Shown here: in pieces, positions 1 through 12,400 of the stretch
Layout of the letters: the number at the start of each line of letters is the position of its first letter
Position numbering within the stretch: the stretch's first letter is position 1
Origin: Lingula anatina
Taxonomy: Eukaryota; Animalia; Brachiopoda
Direction: 5' to 3'
Length of the DNA: 64,000 nt
Assembly: GCA_051362555.1 (NCBI GenBank)
Contig: CM120647.1
Span: 7,316,001 to 7,380,000, forward strand
Notes under the pieces: model-generated
Databases searched by the model: none
What the model was told of the DNA's origin: nothing
The model's input: only the letters and a program-made list of their open reading frames with translations
Position numbers and translations under genes: made by a program

Positions 1-984
1 AAGTAAGACTATTTGGGAGCGAGTGGAAAACGCAACATTGAACAAGAAAGGAGGTCTCAGGTTTTACCTCTCGCACATATGGGACGAGGCACTGGAGACA
101 ATCCCTAGCCGTTTGGCCATAGATCAGGTGACCAGTCCATCCAGGAAATTTACCTAAGGAAAAGTCTCAGGATAAGACCGCAAAAGGCCCTTCGGGAATG
201 AAATGGAAATGGAATCTTTTGTGCGTCAGAATAAAATGGATAAAATAATGTCAGTTAAAATATATCAGGTGACTAAGAAAATCATTAAAAAATAAATGAA
301 TAATCGTCAAAAGTATTGAAGGTATATTGGAATAAAATGTAGGGTCTTTTAGGCAATGATGTTTTTAATAAATGCTGAATATTTTATGACTCTACATTTC
401 TTAGATATGGCACACCAAAAATATTAAAACATGCTTTGTTTTACGAATCAATATTTAATATTTTGCGACCATGTTGTTTTTTAAACAGAAAAAAATATTT
501 TAAAAATATTTTAAAGATATTTTAGGTAAAAGCGAACTTTGGGAGCAGCATCTGTGATTTGTAGAATACTATAATCATTACAAGACAGTTAAATTTATAA
601 AAACAGGTTAATTTAAGGCAATAACTGTCAAATTGGCTAGGAAAGGTATTTTGCCTGCTTTTCAGAAACTAAAAACACAAGAATGGTTATCGTGATACAG
701 TGTTAATATATATACCACTATTGCAGACACAAGGGTAGCTCAACACCAACACTGCCTTTGCACAGTTATTGCTGCGCTGAGCAAGCTGGGGGAAATTTTA
801 ATTCGTGGTATTAAAAATTTAATAAAAAAAGATTTTAATAAGTTTAACTGTCATTGTTGTCAGCTTACGTGGGAGGAGATTATTAATTTTTTATTTATTT
901 ATTCATATTATTATTATCATTATTTTTATTATTTATTTACTGAGTGTAAAAATAAAGTAGACATATTTAGTTCAGACTTATACG

Positions 985-1273
985 TCTTAATTGAAGCATC
1001 TTCACGTAAAAAAGCAATCTATGGTGAAATTCCCTGGATGATTATGTAAATATCATGTACATTTTCTTCCACTATGACAATAAGCAGACCAAGCAATATT
1101 GGCATAACGATATTGAATTGTGAACGTACACGGCATGCTGTTGCATTAAATGCTGTGTTCTAAGGTGCGACGTAAATCAACTGGAAGAAGTCCCGCCATT
1201 TTCGAGAAAAACACCAATCTAAAGCCAATGTTAAAATAAAACGCTCTTTCTGATTGGCTGAAGCTGCTTTTTG

Positions 1274-1308
<35 letters not shown>

Positions 1309-2012
1309 TTTAACTCATTCTAGGATTAGTCAAAAAGGCAGACAAAGTGTTCAACAAGATCCTCCCATTAGTTACTTTATTAGTTCTTTTCTTTATCAAT
1401 TGGAACGAGTATCTTTTACGACCTAGTTCGAAGAATCAAATAGCCGAAGGTCGTTTATCGACAATTTCAGGTTAAGATAAGAAATTTTTACCAGATGTAG
1501 ATCCCCATAAAATTATGGCAGAAACTGATGGAGAGAGACTTATCTTAAACAACAATCAACAGTCTGGCGTGAAAAAAACGTTTTCGGAGGAACATCGCAG
1601 AGAGCGCCAAAGGATTTCCAGGAATAAATGAAAGCTTCACTTTGACTGGAACCCTTTCCTGGCACAACCGCATATCATAGTCAGAATCTTTCAGCGGGAT
1701 AGGGGTTGAGAATCGTTCGGATATTTCATCGCCATCGTATCCAAATTGGTTTGCCAACAACACGCAGCCCGTTGGCTGATTTGATGCAGTTCATTTACCC
1801 AGTTAATCGACCATTTTGCGTCCTTAGGGAGGGCAGTACAACGCGCAGTGTTGTCTCCAATGATGTTGTACGGGTGCCGTGCTACTGTGACGACATGTGT
1901 TCCGTTTTTGATGATTGCTGCTGGCTACTCGATCGTTTTTGCAGATAAATTAAGAGCACAGGAATTGCAACTCAGCCAAGTGACACACAGTGCTGGTTGC
2001 AGGGGATTCGAG
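985..2012 (+). pseudogene. Inverted, 3'-truncated pseudogene of the SMB/Cys-rich gene family (promoter region plus 5' part of exon 1)
   Basis: Colinear with the reverse complement of about 40700-41875 and the equivalent part of the second copy (YPVNRPFCVLREGSTT..CYCDDMCSVFDDCCW). The ATG is changed to AAG (1356-1358). Stops replace sense codons at 1473-1475 (TAA), 1678-1680 (TAG) and 1946-1948 (TAA). Homology ends at about 2012. Confidence 0.88.
1250..1259 (-). promoter_or_regulatory. NF-Y CCAAT box (AGCCAATCAG) upstream of the pseudogene copy
   Basis: CTGATTGGCT. The identical 10-mer occurs at paralogous positions 41607-41616 and 57968-57977. Confidence 0.5.
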
Positions 2013-2548
2013 AACTGGCTTAGCTGACTAGTATTTTCATGAGAGTGCTGTAACTGTTTCTGATAGGGTAAGATGTGCGCATGTGATCATCTAACATAGG
2101 CTTTTAAGTTGCTAACCAGGGAACCGGACCTATTTTATTATTATTATCATTATTTTGAGAAACTGGGGCCAGAACTACAAGTGTAATTTGTCTTGGTCTT
2201 ATAACTGACCAAACAAGGAAAATGCCTTAAGTTATAAAATCGTTTGGTACAATAAAGATAAACCTCTAGGGCAAATAGATTATAAGGACGGAAACTTTTT
2301 TTAATTGTTGTAATTTTGTGCCCTTTACGTCACTTCTCTGGATTCCAGACTGTTGTTTGATGAGAGAGGGAGGAAATAAAGAAAAAAATCCCCAGATAAT
2401 GGCAAGCTATTTATGACGCAGTGGACGTGCCTATTAAATTGGGAAAACCCGACAGCATCCGGACTAAATATGACTGAGATGTTTGCTCCTTGATTATGCT
2501 TGAGGTAATAATATCATTTTTATAAAAAAAGAATCCGATTGATAGGAT

Positions 2549-2714
2549 CCGGTGTAACGAAACTGAGGGTCGTGTAGCAGAAAGTCCGCCCTTTACTTTG
2601 TTTTAATGGTTAGGGTTAGCCTGACCTAAGTGGGTCGTAATCTAGGGCTCGGCTTACCTGTACAAATAAATGGCAAGCAGACTCTCTAAGGGAATCTCTG
2701 TCACGTTACACCGG
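2549..2714. mobile_element. Short non-autonomous element with CCGGTGTAACG...CGTTACACCGG termini and an internal TAGGGTTAG-containing unit (unclassified, possibly Helitron2-type)
   Basis: 11-bp inverted termini. The internal segment is the reverse complement of the 96-bp unit at 44949 and 62130. Confidence 0.5.
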
Positions 2715-2811
2715 TGCCCAATTAAAGAAAATCAGATTTGGTAAAAAACACGATACTGAATCAAAAGTCGTTTCAGGTTAAAAACAATAATAATTCGGAC
2801 AACGTATATTC

Positions 2812-3075
2812 TACGATGTACATTGGATATTTTTACACTCACTTGTAATTCTTATAATAAATTCCTTGTATCCTTATTAATAATTTGATTAATTTTTATA
2901 CGATGTAGATTGTGTACATCGAATATTTTTACACTCAGCTGTATTTCTTATAATAAATTTCCTGTATCCTTATTAATAATTTAATTAATTTGTCTACGAT
3001 GCACATTGTGTACATCGGATGTTTTTACGCTTAGTTGCATTTCTTATAATAAATTCCTTGTATCCTCATTACTAA
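2812..3075. repeat. Three degenerate tandem copies of an approximately 86-97 bp unit
   Basis: TACGATG...TTTTTACACTCA..TG.A.TTCTTATAATAAATT.C.TGTATCCT.ATTA.TAAT starts at about 2812, 2898 and 2995. Confidence 0.8.
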
Positions 3076-3242
3076 TCTAATAAGTCAAAAATTCTGTTCA
3101 TTTGTGAAGGACATTTCACGCAATTATGTAAATTGTGTTAAGGAGGGCATTTTATCTGTCCTCTTTCAGAAGACACAATTTTAATCATGATGCCAAACAT
3201 ATAACCTTTACTTTAGATTGTGCAAAAATCAAACCATAACTA

Positions 3243-3360
3243 ACCATATTTCTTCTTCCATTTCCTAGGAAACCATTTATTCTAATTACATGATACATGA
3301 CCAATCATATTTCTTCTTCCATTTCCTTGGAAACCATTTATTCTAATTATAATGGTACAT
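3243..3360. repeat. Two tandem copies of an approximately 62 bp unit
   Basis: CATATTTCTTCTTCCATTTCCT..GAAA(A)CCATTTATTCTAATTA occurs twice. Confidence 0.75.
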
Positions 3361-3765
3361 TAAGCCACATAAACTGACATCAGTGAGAAAAAAAAATGTG
3401 CGGACCATGTTTCGAATATCATATTCTGAATCAAATAATCTACTTGTTTTTAACAAATTAGGGCTATTCTAGATACATCCATATAAAGAATCTAACTATT
3501 AACCCATATTTTTCTTACACTTAGCATTAATATCAGTAAAATTATTGCAACAGACAACGCAAGCCTATATTAACATACTGGCATATGGCTTATCATAATA
3601 AAACAGATGACTAAAATTGAAGCAATTTATTCTCTTTATCTGTGGTGATGTCATTATTTCTCCGCTGGGAGATAAACATGCAGTGGGAGAGCAAGGGCCC
3701 TTGTGGCAGGAATGGAATTCCCGGGAAAGGCCACCATAAGTCTGGCATGATTAATATGTAAGTTA

Positions 3766-3981
3766 AGCCTAGGTCCCAACCGAACGTACGGGCTGCTACG
3801 TGTGGTCTACGGCCAAGAAAATGGGGAAAACGTGGGGGTTCGTGCGACTTTTGGAGGTCGCAAACAGCACAAAGAAAATTTTCACCAATTACTTGATTTC
3901 TTCCCTGCGATCTAGCTACGTCCTAGCCGGACGCAAGGAACATAAAATCCGTGCGTCCAAAACGTAGTTGGGACCTAGGCT
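3766..3981. mobile_element. PIF/Harbinger-type (Tourist-like) MITE, 216 bp
   Basis: Perfect 15-bp TIR AGCCTAGGTCCCAAC / GTTGGGACCTAGGCT. TTA target-site duplication at 3763-3765 and 3982-3984. Confidence 0.8.
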
Positions 3982-4265
3982 TTAGGGTTTGCCAAAAGTT
4001 TGGGGGTCAGTATATGGGACAGATGTTACCTGTATAAGTAATGGGAAAATGACTGAAGTTTCTGGTGGGGTACCATTCCTGTCACATTGGGCAGTTGGGG
4101 GCAAAATAAGCCATGTACACTTCTCCCTCATCTAGGAATAATATAATGACAAGCAGTTATACCCGTGCCTGTCCCCACTTACTAGTACAGAGTAAAATTC
4201 TATTAGTATACTTGCCTGGCTCAGTAAGGATTTCTTTGGTAATCCTTGTAACACCCCCCCCCCCC

Positions 4266-4296
<31 letters not shown>

Positions 4297-5127
4297 TTAA
4301 ATAAAATCCTCTATTGGCCATTGTCAAGAATCTTAGGTGAAAACTTATGAAAATATACAGATTTGTCTAAAGAAGATCTTATCAGCACAAATCGGTGTAT
4401 CTGACTCCCCCGGTCCATTTTTCTAATCTGGCTTGCCTTGATTGTAACCCATAACCCTCTGCTGTCATGTAATTCCAATCCTCTTAGCAAGATCTCAAAT
4501 CCTTAAGAGACAGTAACTGCTTTAAGCATGCCAATATTCAAGCTTTACAATTATGATGATTGTTATTAATGCATCTAGAGTTTAAACTTGTCATAAGCAA
4601 AACAATATCATTAAGTTGATGCCCTACAGAAGGCTACATCTTCCCTGGGCATTATTACTATTAACACCACCATTTCACTAAAAACAATTAATAAATGTCT
4701 AAGATTAAAAGAACTAAAAAACTAAAATAAAGTAGACTAATCAGATTAAGGCAGATTTTAACAAAGCCTCATTAGCGGTTCTACTGTGATTGCAAAATTT
4801 AGTACTTCCTATCTTAGACAAACTGTGCTTACGGTTAGCTCACCATTCCCAATCTTATCATCACTTTAATGGTCCACAGCCACTGTGATTAAGTCATTAA
4901 GCTGTGAATTATGGTTTTTGACCACAAAATGGCATGGTACTAAGTTTGACAGTCACAACATCACTGTAAATTCGCCCACTGAGTAACAATTTAAATTCAT
5001 CTAGACTGTGACATTTTTTTTTGTTCTGTGTAAAAAAGAAAAAAAAATGGGGGATCATTTCAGTTAAAATAAAGTCAACATCAAAATAACTGAAATATTC
5101 AAAGACCATCTTGAACAACAATGCCCC

Positions 5128-6066
5128 CTATTCTCCAGTACCCTCAGCTGTCTCTGCTGCAGAAGCGGCGCCAGCTGCAGCAGCGGCAGTTCCACTAGTT
5201 CCCTCTTGCACTTGGAAAAGCTGGAAAAGCTCACCAGCGGTCATTTCGCCACTCTCTACCTTGCGTAGGGCTTCCTCTGGAATGGTCGCTGTTTGGCCGG
5301 GATTGACGCGCTTGGCTTGAGCCACCACCATGTCGCTTTCCTCTTCCTCTTGTTCAACCTCTGTGTTGCATGCCATCTGCTCAAAGGCCTGTGATGGAAG
5401 AGAGCCGAGAGATAAATTCAAAGTCTTGGCCTTATCTATTAAAATATGCACAGTAATTGTATATATTAAGCTATATAAAATGGGACACTTCGGTTCCCAA
5501 AAATTGAGTAATAAGTAACACAAATATTAAGGTAAGTTTTAAGTTAAGAAAAAAAAAATATTGTACAAGATTTCTTAATAAAAATGAACAACAACCAAAC
5601 AAACAAAAAAAGTTTAATCTTTTTTTAAAATCTAACTTCAGAAATAAACACTAAATAAAACTTAAAAATTAGTATAAACATCCTAACATAATCTCCTATT
5701 CACATTATAACTGCACCCATGTAATGGTTGTATAACTATAATACTAACGCTTCATATCTCCATACCTGAATGCTACTGACAACAATGGAGCCATCGGACT
5801 CGTACTTGACGTCCCCAGATGACGTGGGAATGAGATGGACTTCCACTACAGTGGTGCCCTCTGGGACAGTCACCGTGGTCCCAGCGTTGTCTCCATCTCC
5901 TGCTAGGGCAGCAAAGCCAAAGTCATCGTTACCTGGGGATGTAAGAAATATGTGACATGAGGAAGAGGACTTGCACTAAATGCACCGCAGAAAGAGTGAC
6001 TGGGTGTGTAAGAAGTTAAAATATTTGAATATAAGATTGCTGAGTGAGAGTAAGTGAGAGTGAGAG

Positions 6067-6100
<34 letters not shown>

Positions 6101-9100
6101 TCAGTCTCACTGGCATCATAACTATTCATGTTATATCATAATCAATTGATTAACATGTTTTATTACTAATGTAATATCAGAACTTGTTGCACTTGGGACT
6201 TACTATCATCATCATCATTATTATTATACCAATGTAACCATTATCATTATCATTGTGAAGATATAAATATGATTTTCATCATCAGGAAAATACAATGATT
6301 CTTTTCATTACTGTTATCATTATAATTATGATCATAATACAATCAAACAAGAATTTCATAAGTATCATCATTTTAACCATCATTTTCATCACTATCTGGT
6401 ATCATCTGAATCACAATTATCATTTTCATCACTGTGATAATCAACATGATAATATGATTATCATAATCTTAATCACCATTATCATTGTCATCATCCCCCT
6501 CAATACCCACCTGGCCCCACTTGTGACCCCTTCCCCTTCCTAGCACTCCTGGTCATCACCCCCTTGGGATACGACCCTGACCCCCCTCAGTACCCACCTG
6601 GGCCCACTTGTGACCCCTTCCCCTTCCTAGCACTCCTGGTCATCACCCCCTTGGGATACGACCCTGACCTGGTCACCAGGGTGGTCATGCGGTCTACTTT
6701 GGGCGCGGCCTTGCCAGAGGAGCGACGGCCAGAGCCTTTTACCCTGGAAAATCCCTGTAACAGAGCATGGCTGGATAATTGAAAAATCGAATGTTTTTAT
6801 CACAACTAGTATTGTATAAATTGAATAATTTATTAATGTTATTTAATATAATAGCTTTGTCTATAATTACCAATCACATGTGACTTTGAACTGTACCACA
6901 GAGTATAACTTTCTTGAAATAATGGATGGAAAGACTTATGTTAGTAAGAAAATCTTAACCAACAGATACAGATGAAAGTTGATAAAAAAAAAAAATAATA
7001 ATAATAAAAACCCACACACCAAAACAACAAAAAATTAAACACTAAAATAACACTCAAACTTACTAAATAAATAAATAAAAATGAACGACAATTTTTAAAA
7101 ATAACCCATATCTTCCAGCATCTTTTAACCAGTCTTACCAAAGACTGCTTCTAACCTAGTCAATTTACGGATTAAAAAAAAAAATTATAATCATCAAATT
7201 CAAGCTAATTTTCACCAATCACAACTCTCCAAATATTCACCTCGGGTGTTGTCATCATGCTTTCTTCCATGCTGTTCTCCTCGTCCTGTGACATACTTCC
7301 ATTGTCCATGTCATCGTCAACACGTTCTGGTTTGTACCCAGACTTCCTCATATCCGCCTCCGTGATCATGGTTCTACGCTGGGGGCGGATGGGGGAATGC
7401 ACTGCTATTCCTGGAAAATATAGGTCAAGGTCAGATCAAATACTTCTCATTAATTAATTAATTTACTTATTTTTTGGGAAATAAAATATGGTTGAGAAAG
7501 ATGTGATCAATAAGTTAGGAGAGAAATGTGTCCCAAATATTTTTATCAAGTTGAGTCAATAAGCTTAAAACTTCCCGAGATATTTCCCATACAATATTTT
7601 ACAAACTTTGAATGTTGCAGTGCAATTTTTAACAACCAGTAGAGTCTACAATCAGAAGTTAGTAATATCAGAACTGCCCAGTAGGGTTTATACATATTAA
7701 ACTGAATATCAACAAGAGCTATGAAAAACTGTAAGGCTTTGCCTCCTGTATTACTTAGACCAAGTTAGCTTGACATGAAGTTGTAGGCTGTGGCATTTTT
7801 TTCTATACTATGTTTTACATAAATAAAGTTGTTCAATAAAATTACAAAAATTTGATGTTTATAGAAAACATTCTGAGATTTTTATCTCTGAAGCTCTGTG
7901 GGGTTAGTTTCAGAACAATGAACATCATTTAATAAAATGCTCGGAGTAAAACATTGCACACAGGGAGATTTAACTTCATGCCCACCTTAAAAATAGTATA
8001 AATATGACAGTTAACTTTTAAAACTTATCTTCATAACTAAAGAGGCATATAACATCCAACCCACAAGCAGAAACTAATGATTCAGAAGCAATAATTCCTA
8101 GGCGTGGACTTTTTTTACTTTTTTGTCAAGAACAATTCAGTTTGACAGGAAAATACCAGGTAAGATAACCCTTAATCTGAGAGTATGTGCAATCTTCCAC
8201 TCTTAAATAAGTTTTTAATTTTTAAATTCAACTTGAAAACTTCAACAATAAAACAGAAACAACTTGATTCAGCCTCTCAGTAGCCTTAACAGATTAACTC
8301 ATTCCAATTTCAGGTTTTTAGTATTAAAAAGTTTAGAAAAAAAAATTCATTTCATAAATGATGAAATCTGCATCAAACAAAGAATGATTGGTTTGAAAAC
8401 TATGGAGTAAAGTGTCCAAAAAGTTGTAACTGTATTCAGCCATTCAAAATCTAGGCTTCAACCATTACAACTCTTTTGACCTGATCTGATTAAAAAATTC
8501 AATTGTTTAAAAAAAATTAGATTCAATTTTTTATATAAATCTGGGTTCACTCTTTTAAGACCTTTTGCTTGTGACAGATTTTTAAAAGTAAGATTCCACT
8601 TTTTGGGCTATGAGATTTCCCCCCAATTAAATTATCTATTCTAATATGATTTTTCCTTACAGGCTAGGCCTTGATAATTGAAATTGCGAAAATTTTGCGG
8701 TTCATAAACTTAACTGGGCAGCCAGTTGAATTAATAAATTCTCAGAATAAAGTAAAAACATATATTGGTAGTCAAAAATACATATGTAATTGGGCAACTT
8801 CTGTGCAAGTTAGGTCTTTGCCCTCCAAACGGAATCCTGGAAGGTGATTTGAAAGTGATCTGCAGAAGTCTACATGAAGAGAATGCAACATTTCCTCGGC
8901 TGCAAGTCCAGTTATACATCATGAAAGAATCTATGGTGTTTTCTTCAAGTAAAAAAAAAAAAAAAAATCAAATTTGGAAAATGGTGGTTGCAACACCAAG
9001 TATGCTGTGTCACATAACCAAGTGAACCCAGACTTGAACACTTTCAAACAACAACAAAAATCAGCAACTTTCATCAGGTTGGTCAGAAAATGCTAACTTT

Positions 9101-9429
9101 GTATTAAACACTCTACAAAGGCATCTGAGAAAAATACAGCATCCGACTCAATTACTTTCCCAATACCTGAAAAACACGACAATGAAATAACAGGGGGGGA
9201 AATAAAATAATTACAGTTCCCAAACCATCTTCAACTCTGCAGGCCCTACAAACATACAAATAGGTGGGACCAAATCATTTCCTACATACTCCAGATACCA
9301 AAATAACAATAACAAATTACACTATGACAAGAAATTCAGTACTGAAGTGACAGGTGTTTTAACATTATCAAGGAGGCTAGAGAGGCTGACATAAAAAGAT
9401 TATCACATAAAACAAATACACCAAAGTAC

Positions 9430-9483
<54 letters not shown>

Positions 9484-12400
9484 GGGATAGGGGGAAAGAG
9501 GTAGAGCAAACAAGAGCAGATGTTGCCTCTATGCAGATCGACTCACATTGATCAGATTTACAGAGTATTACCATAAATTTCAATGAGTAGCAGCTACGCC
9601 ACATACAACTTAAAATCAATAACATAGCTACACATTTGTTCAATTCTTAATCACAGTGCATTTCTCAGAAGTAGAAGCACAACTAAGTTCTCACATTTAT
9701 AGAATGATACCATTAAGCTCCGCTTAGCTGACTTACCCTCATGTTCCAAATCAATGACAAAGTTGAGGAGTTCAGGTTGTCCCTGCATCTTTGCAGTGTG
9801 AATTCGCCTTAAATGGCTCTTACATTCAGACCTGCGATATTGCACAAAAGAAAAGTTGATTAAAACAAGGATTACTTAAAAGAAGTTTACCTACTCTATA
9901 TTCATAGTTCTTATTCATTATAATTTAGAGAAATATCTGTGCCAAACTATAATCTTTTAGTGTGTATGTATCCTATTTGGGTGTTTATTAAAAAACCTCA
10001 GTATATTGTAAGAATTTGTACAGAATATAACTATAATAATTTCAAATTTCATAGCAATATGATAACTTTCAATTAAACAAATCAAATAATGATGCACAGG
10101 ACTAGTAACTGGAATTCATAACAGGAGGGGGAAAGTGACACCTGGTAAAAAATTGCCAAAATCACTGAGAGAAAAAAATGTTTGAAGGCACAAATATAGA
10201 AATTATGAGGCTGATAGATCGATACTGAACAAATATATTAATTTAAAAATTAAAATAAATCATTGAACAGATTTCATTACGCTTATTTCAATCTGAGGAA
10301 AAAAGTTCCAAATTTATTTTAAAGAGATTCTTATTACTGTAATACCTGTTATAAGACATAAACTTGCACAGTTTGCACTTGAAGCGACGCCAACCAAGAT
10401 GGCGGACAGCATGACGACGGAGATTAGAAATACTTCCGTATTGGCGGTCACATTTCAGACAAATGAGGTTCTTCATATCAATGTTGGACTCGATCAGCGC
10501 CTCATCCTCGTCACTGTATTTCAAGATTACGGGGGAGTTGCTCTCTTTCTTGGCGCTGTTGGAACGCTTGACGCCCGAAGATGGTTGGTCTTCTTCATCA
10601 AATTCGTAAACATCTTCTGATTTCCCTCTTCCTTCTTCATCTTCTTCGCCCATAGCTGGTTAAAAAAAGTTTGTGTATGTTGGTTAAATTAAGAACCGTT
10701 TCATATGAGGCATGACATTTCTTAGTGGGGATTTCACCAAAGGGTTTGGATTGTGTGACCCAATTCTTGATGTGAGCTCCACCATAGACTGAGGAAATGA
10801 GGTATATACAGTAATTAAGAAGACAGACATGTTTTTTATTCAAGAGATAATGAATAGCTTGTGTATTATATAAATTGTTAAACTTGCTTTTCAACAGTAT
10901 CTGAACTTACACTTTCAATACAGTAGTGAAACCTGAGCATGAAGTCTAACTTTTGAAACAGATTTTCATTATTTTGGGGGGTGGGGGTGGGGGTGTGGGG
11001 GGGGGGGGGGGGGCGTTGGGTTCCAACCAGTTTCTCATCTTTCTAAAACTACATCCTACCCTCATCCTCCATCTCTTCCTCAGCTCCTTTATCCTGAGGG
11101 TCACTCTTCACATTCACTAAATCCTGCTCCTCTTCCTCACCATCCACTGATCCTCGATCCCCTCCTTTCTGGATCACGTCCTTGTTGTGACGCGGGGTCT
11201 CGTACTCTCCCATCTCGTCCACGGTCTTGGAAAATGCGCGCTGTCGCAAGGTCTCGCGCATGTCCTCCACTTCCTCCTTGGACTTCTTGTGGCTGCGCAT
11301 GATGTGGCGCGTGACACCCCACAGCTGCGCGAACACGTTGTTGCAGAAGATGCAGGGGTAGAACGTACGCGTGTCCGAGTGAAGCGACTGCATGTGGAAA
11401 TTCAGTGTCTTGATCGAGGAGTAAGTGGTGTTACAGTTCAGACAGGCCAGGGTGCGAAGATCAACGTCGTGTCTCTCTGCCAGACGTGCTGCAGCAGGGG
11501 ATCCTATGTCCGAGCCATCCATCGTGCGTCGACGAATGCGGGTCATGTTCTGGTCTGGCTCAGCAAGGGCCAGGTCTTCCTCCGTGTAGTACTCCTCCCC
11601 AAACATGCGCCCGATACGACTCCTCTTGGTCCGTGGCGTGCCTTCCGGGTCTCCCTGGCGCTTCATGCGCACAGCGTTACTGTTGCCTGGGATGCGTTCC
11701 AACTCCACGACACGTGACAGCTTGCCATCTTTCCTGTCCCGTGGGATATTGCCTTCACGTACAAGCACTGGTGGTGCATCATCGTCACCCTGGAGGTCAT
11801 CCATGCTCACTGTCATAAAAAAAACAAAGAAGTCAAATAACACATACACAGACTCATCGTATACGTCTCTCCACAATGAGGAAAAAAAAGACAAAAACAG
11901 CATGAATATCATTCAGCACCTTAAAAGTATTTCTATTATTTCTCAGACTTGGGCATATGCATCAAAAAAGAATGATATATGCACAAAAGACATCTGAACC
12001 AAAATTCCCTGCCCACCAATTGAAACAGGGACATTAGAACCCTTTCATTACATCACTAAAAACTGAGTTAGTCCCTTATCATTATTTACAATTATCCCTT
12101 CCTTCTGTAGTTTCCAACAAAATATACAGCATTCCTTTAACACCATTTGTGTTTGGGACCAGCATATATCCCACAAATGGTCTTGAATACTCCCACTTAA
12201 ACCTGCTAGTATGTACATCCCCTTGACTGGTTTATAGCAATTACCCTAAGCAAAATATCAGGCCTGCTGCAAATTCACAGCAAATCTGCTGCAATACTGG
12301 TGCAAACTGCAATTCCTTCTTGCAAATTTGCAGCAAGTTTGCTGCAATATGGCTGCAAGTTAGCAGCAAGAAAATTTTTCTTACAAAACTCGTTACAGCA

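Noticed and set aside
1-215. Possible SINE/LINE 3' end with a GAAATG tail
   Set aside because: Cut by the window edge, with no second copy or diagnostic motif visible.
2812-3075. Regularly spaced repeats containing GTATCCT (CRISPR-like or U12 5' splice-site-like)
   Set aside because: Whole units repeat with no unique spacers, the context is eukaryotic and there are no cas genes. The GTATCCT motifs are about 90 bp apart and not in a recognised + strand intron, unlike the SNRNP48 element.
6295-6543. Hydrophobic Ile/His-rich ORF, and similar IYIYIY ORFs at 35266-35532 and 41395-41681
   Set aside because: Microsatellite translations.
11137-11997. Several long overlapping and antisense ORFs
   Set aside because: Shadow frames of the GC-rich ZNF800-like exon 11809-11060.
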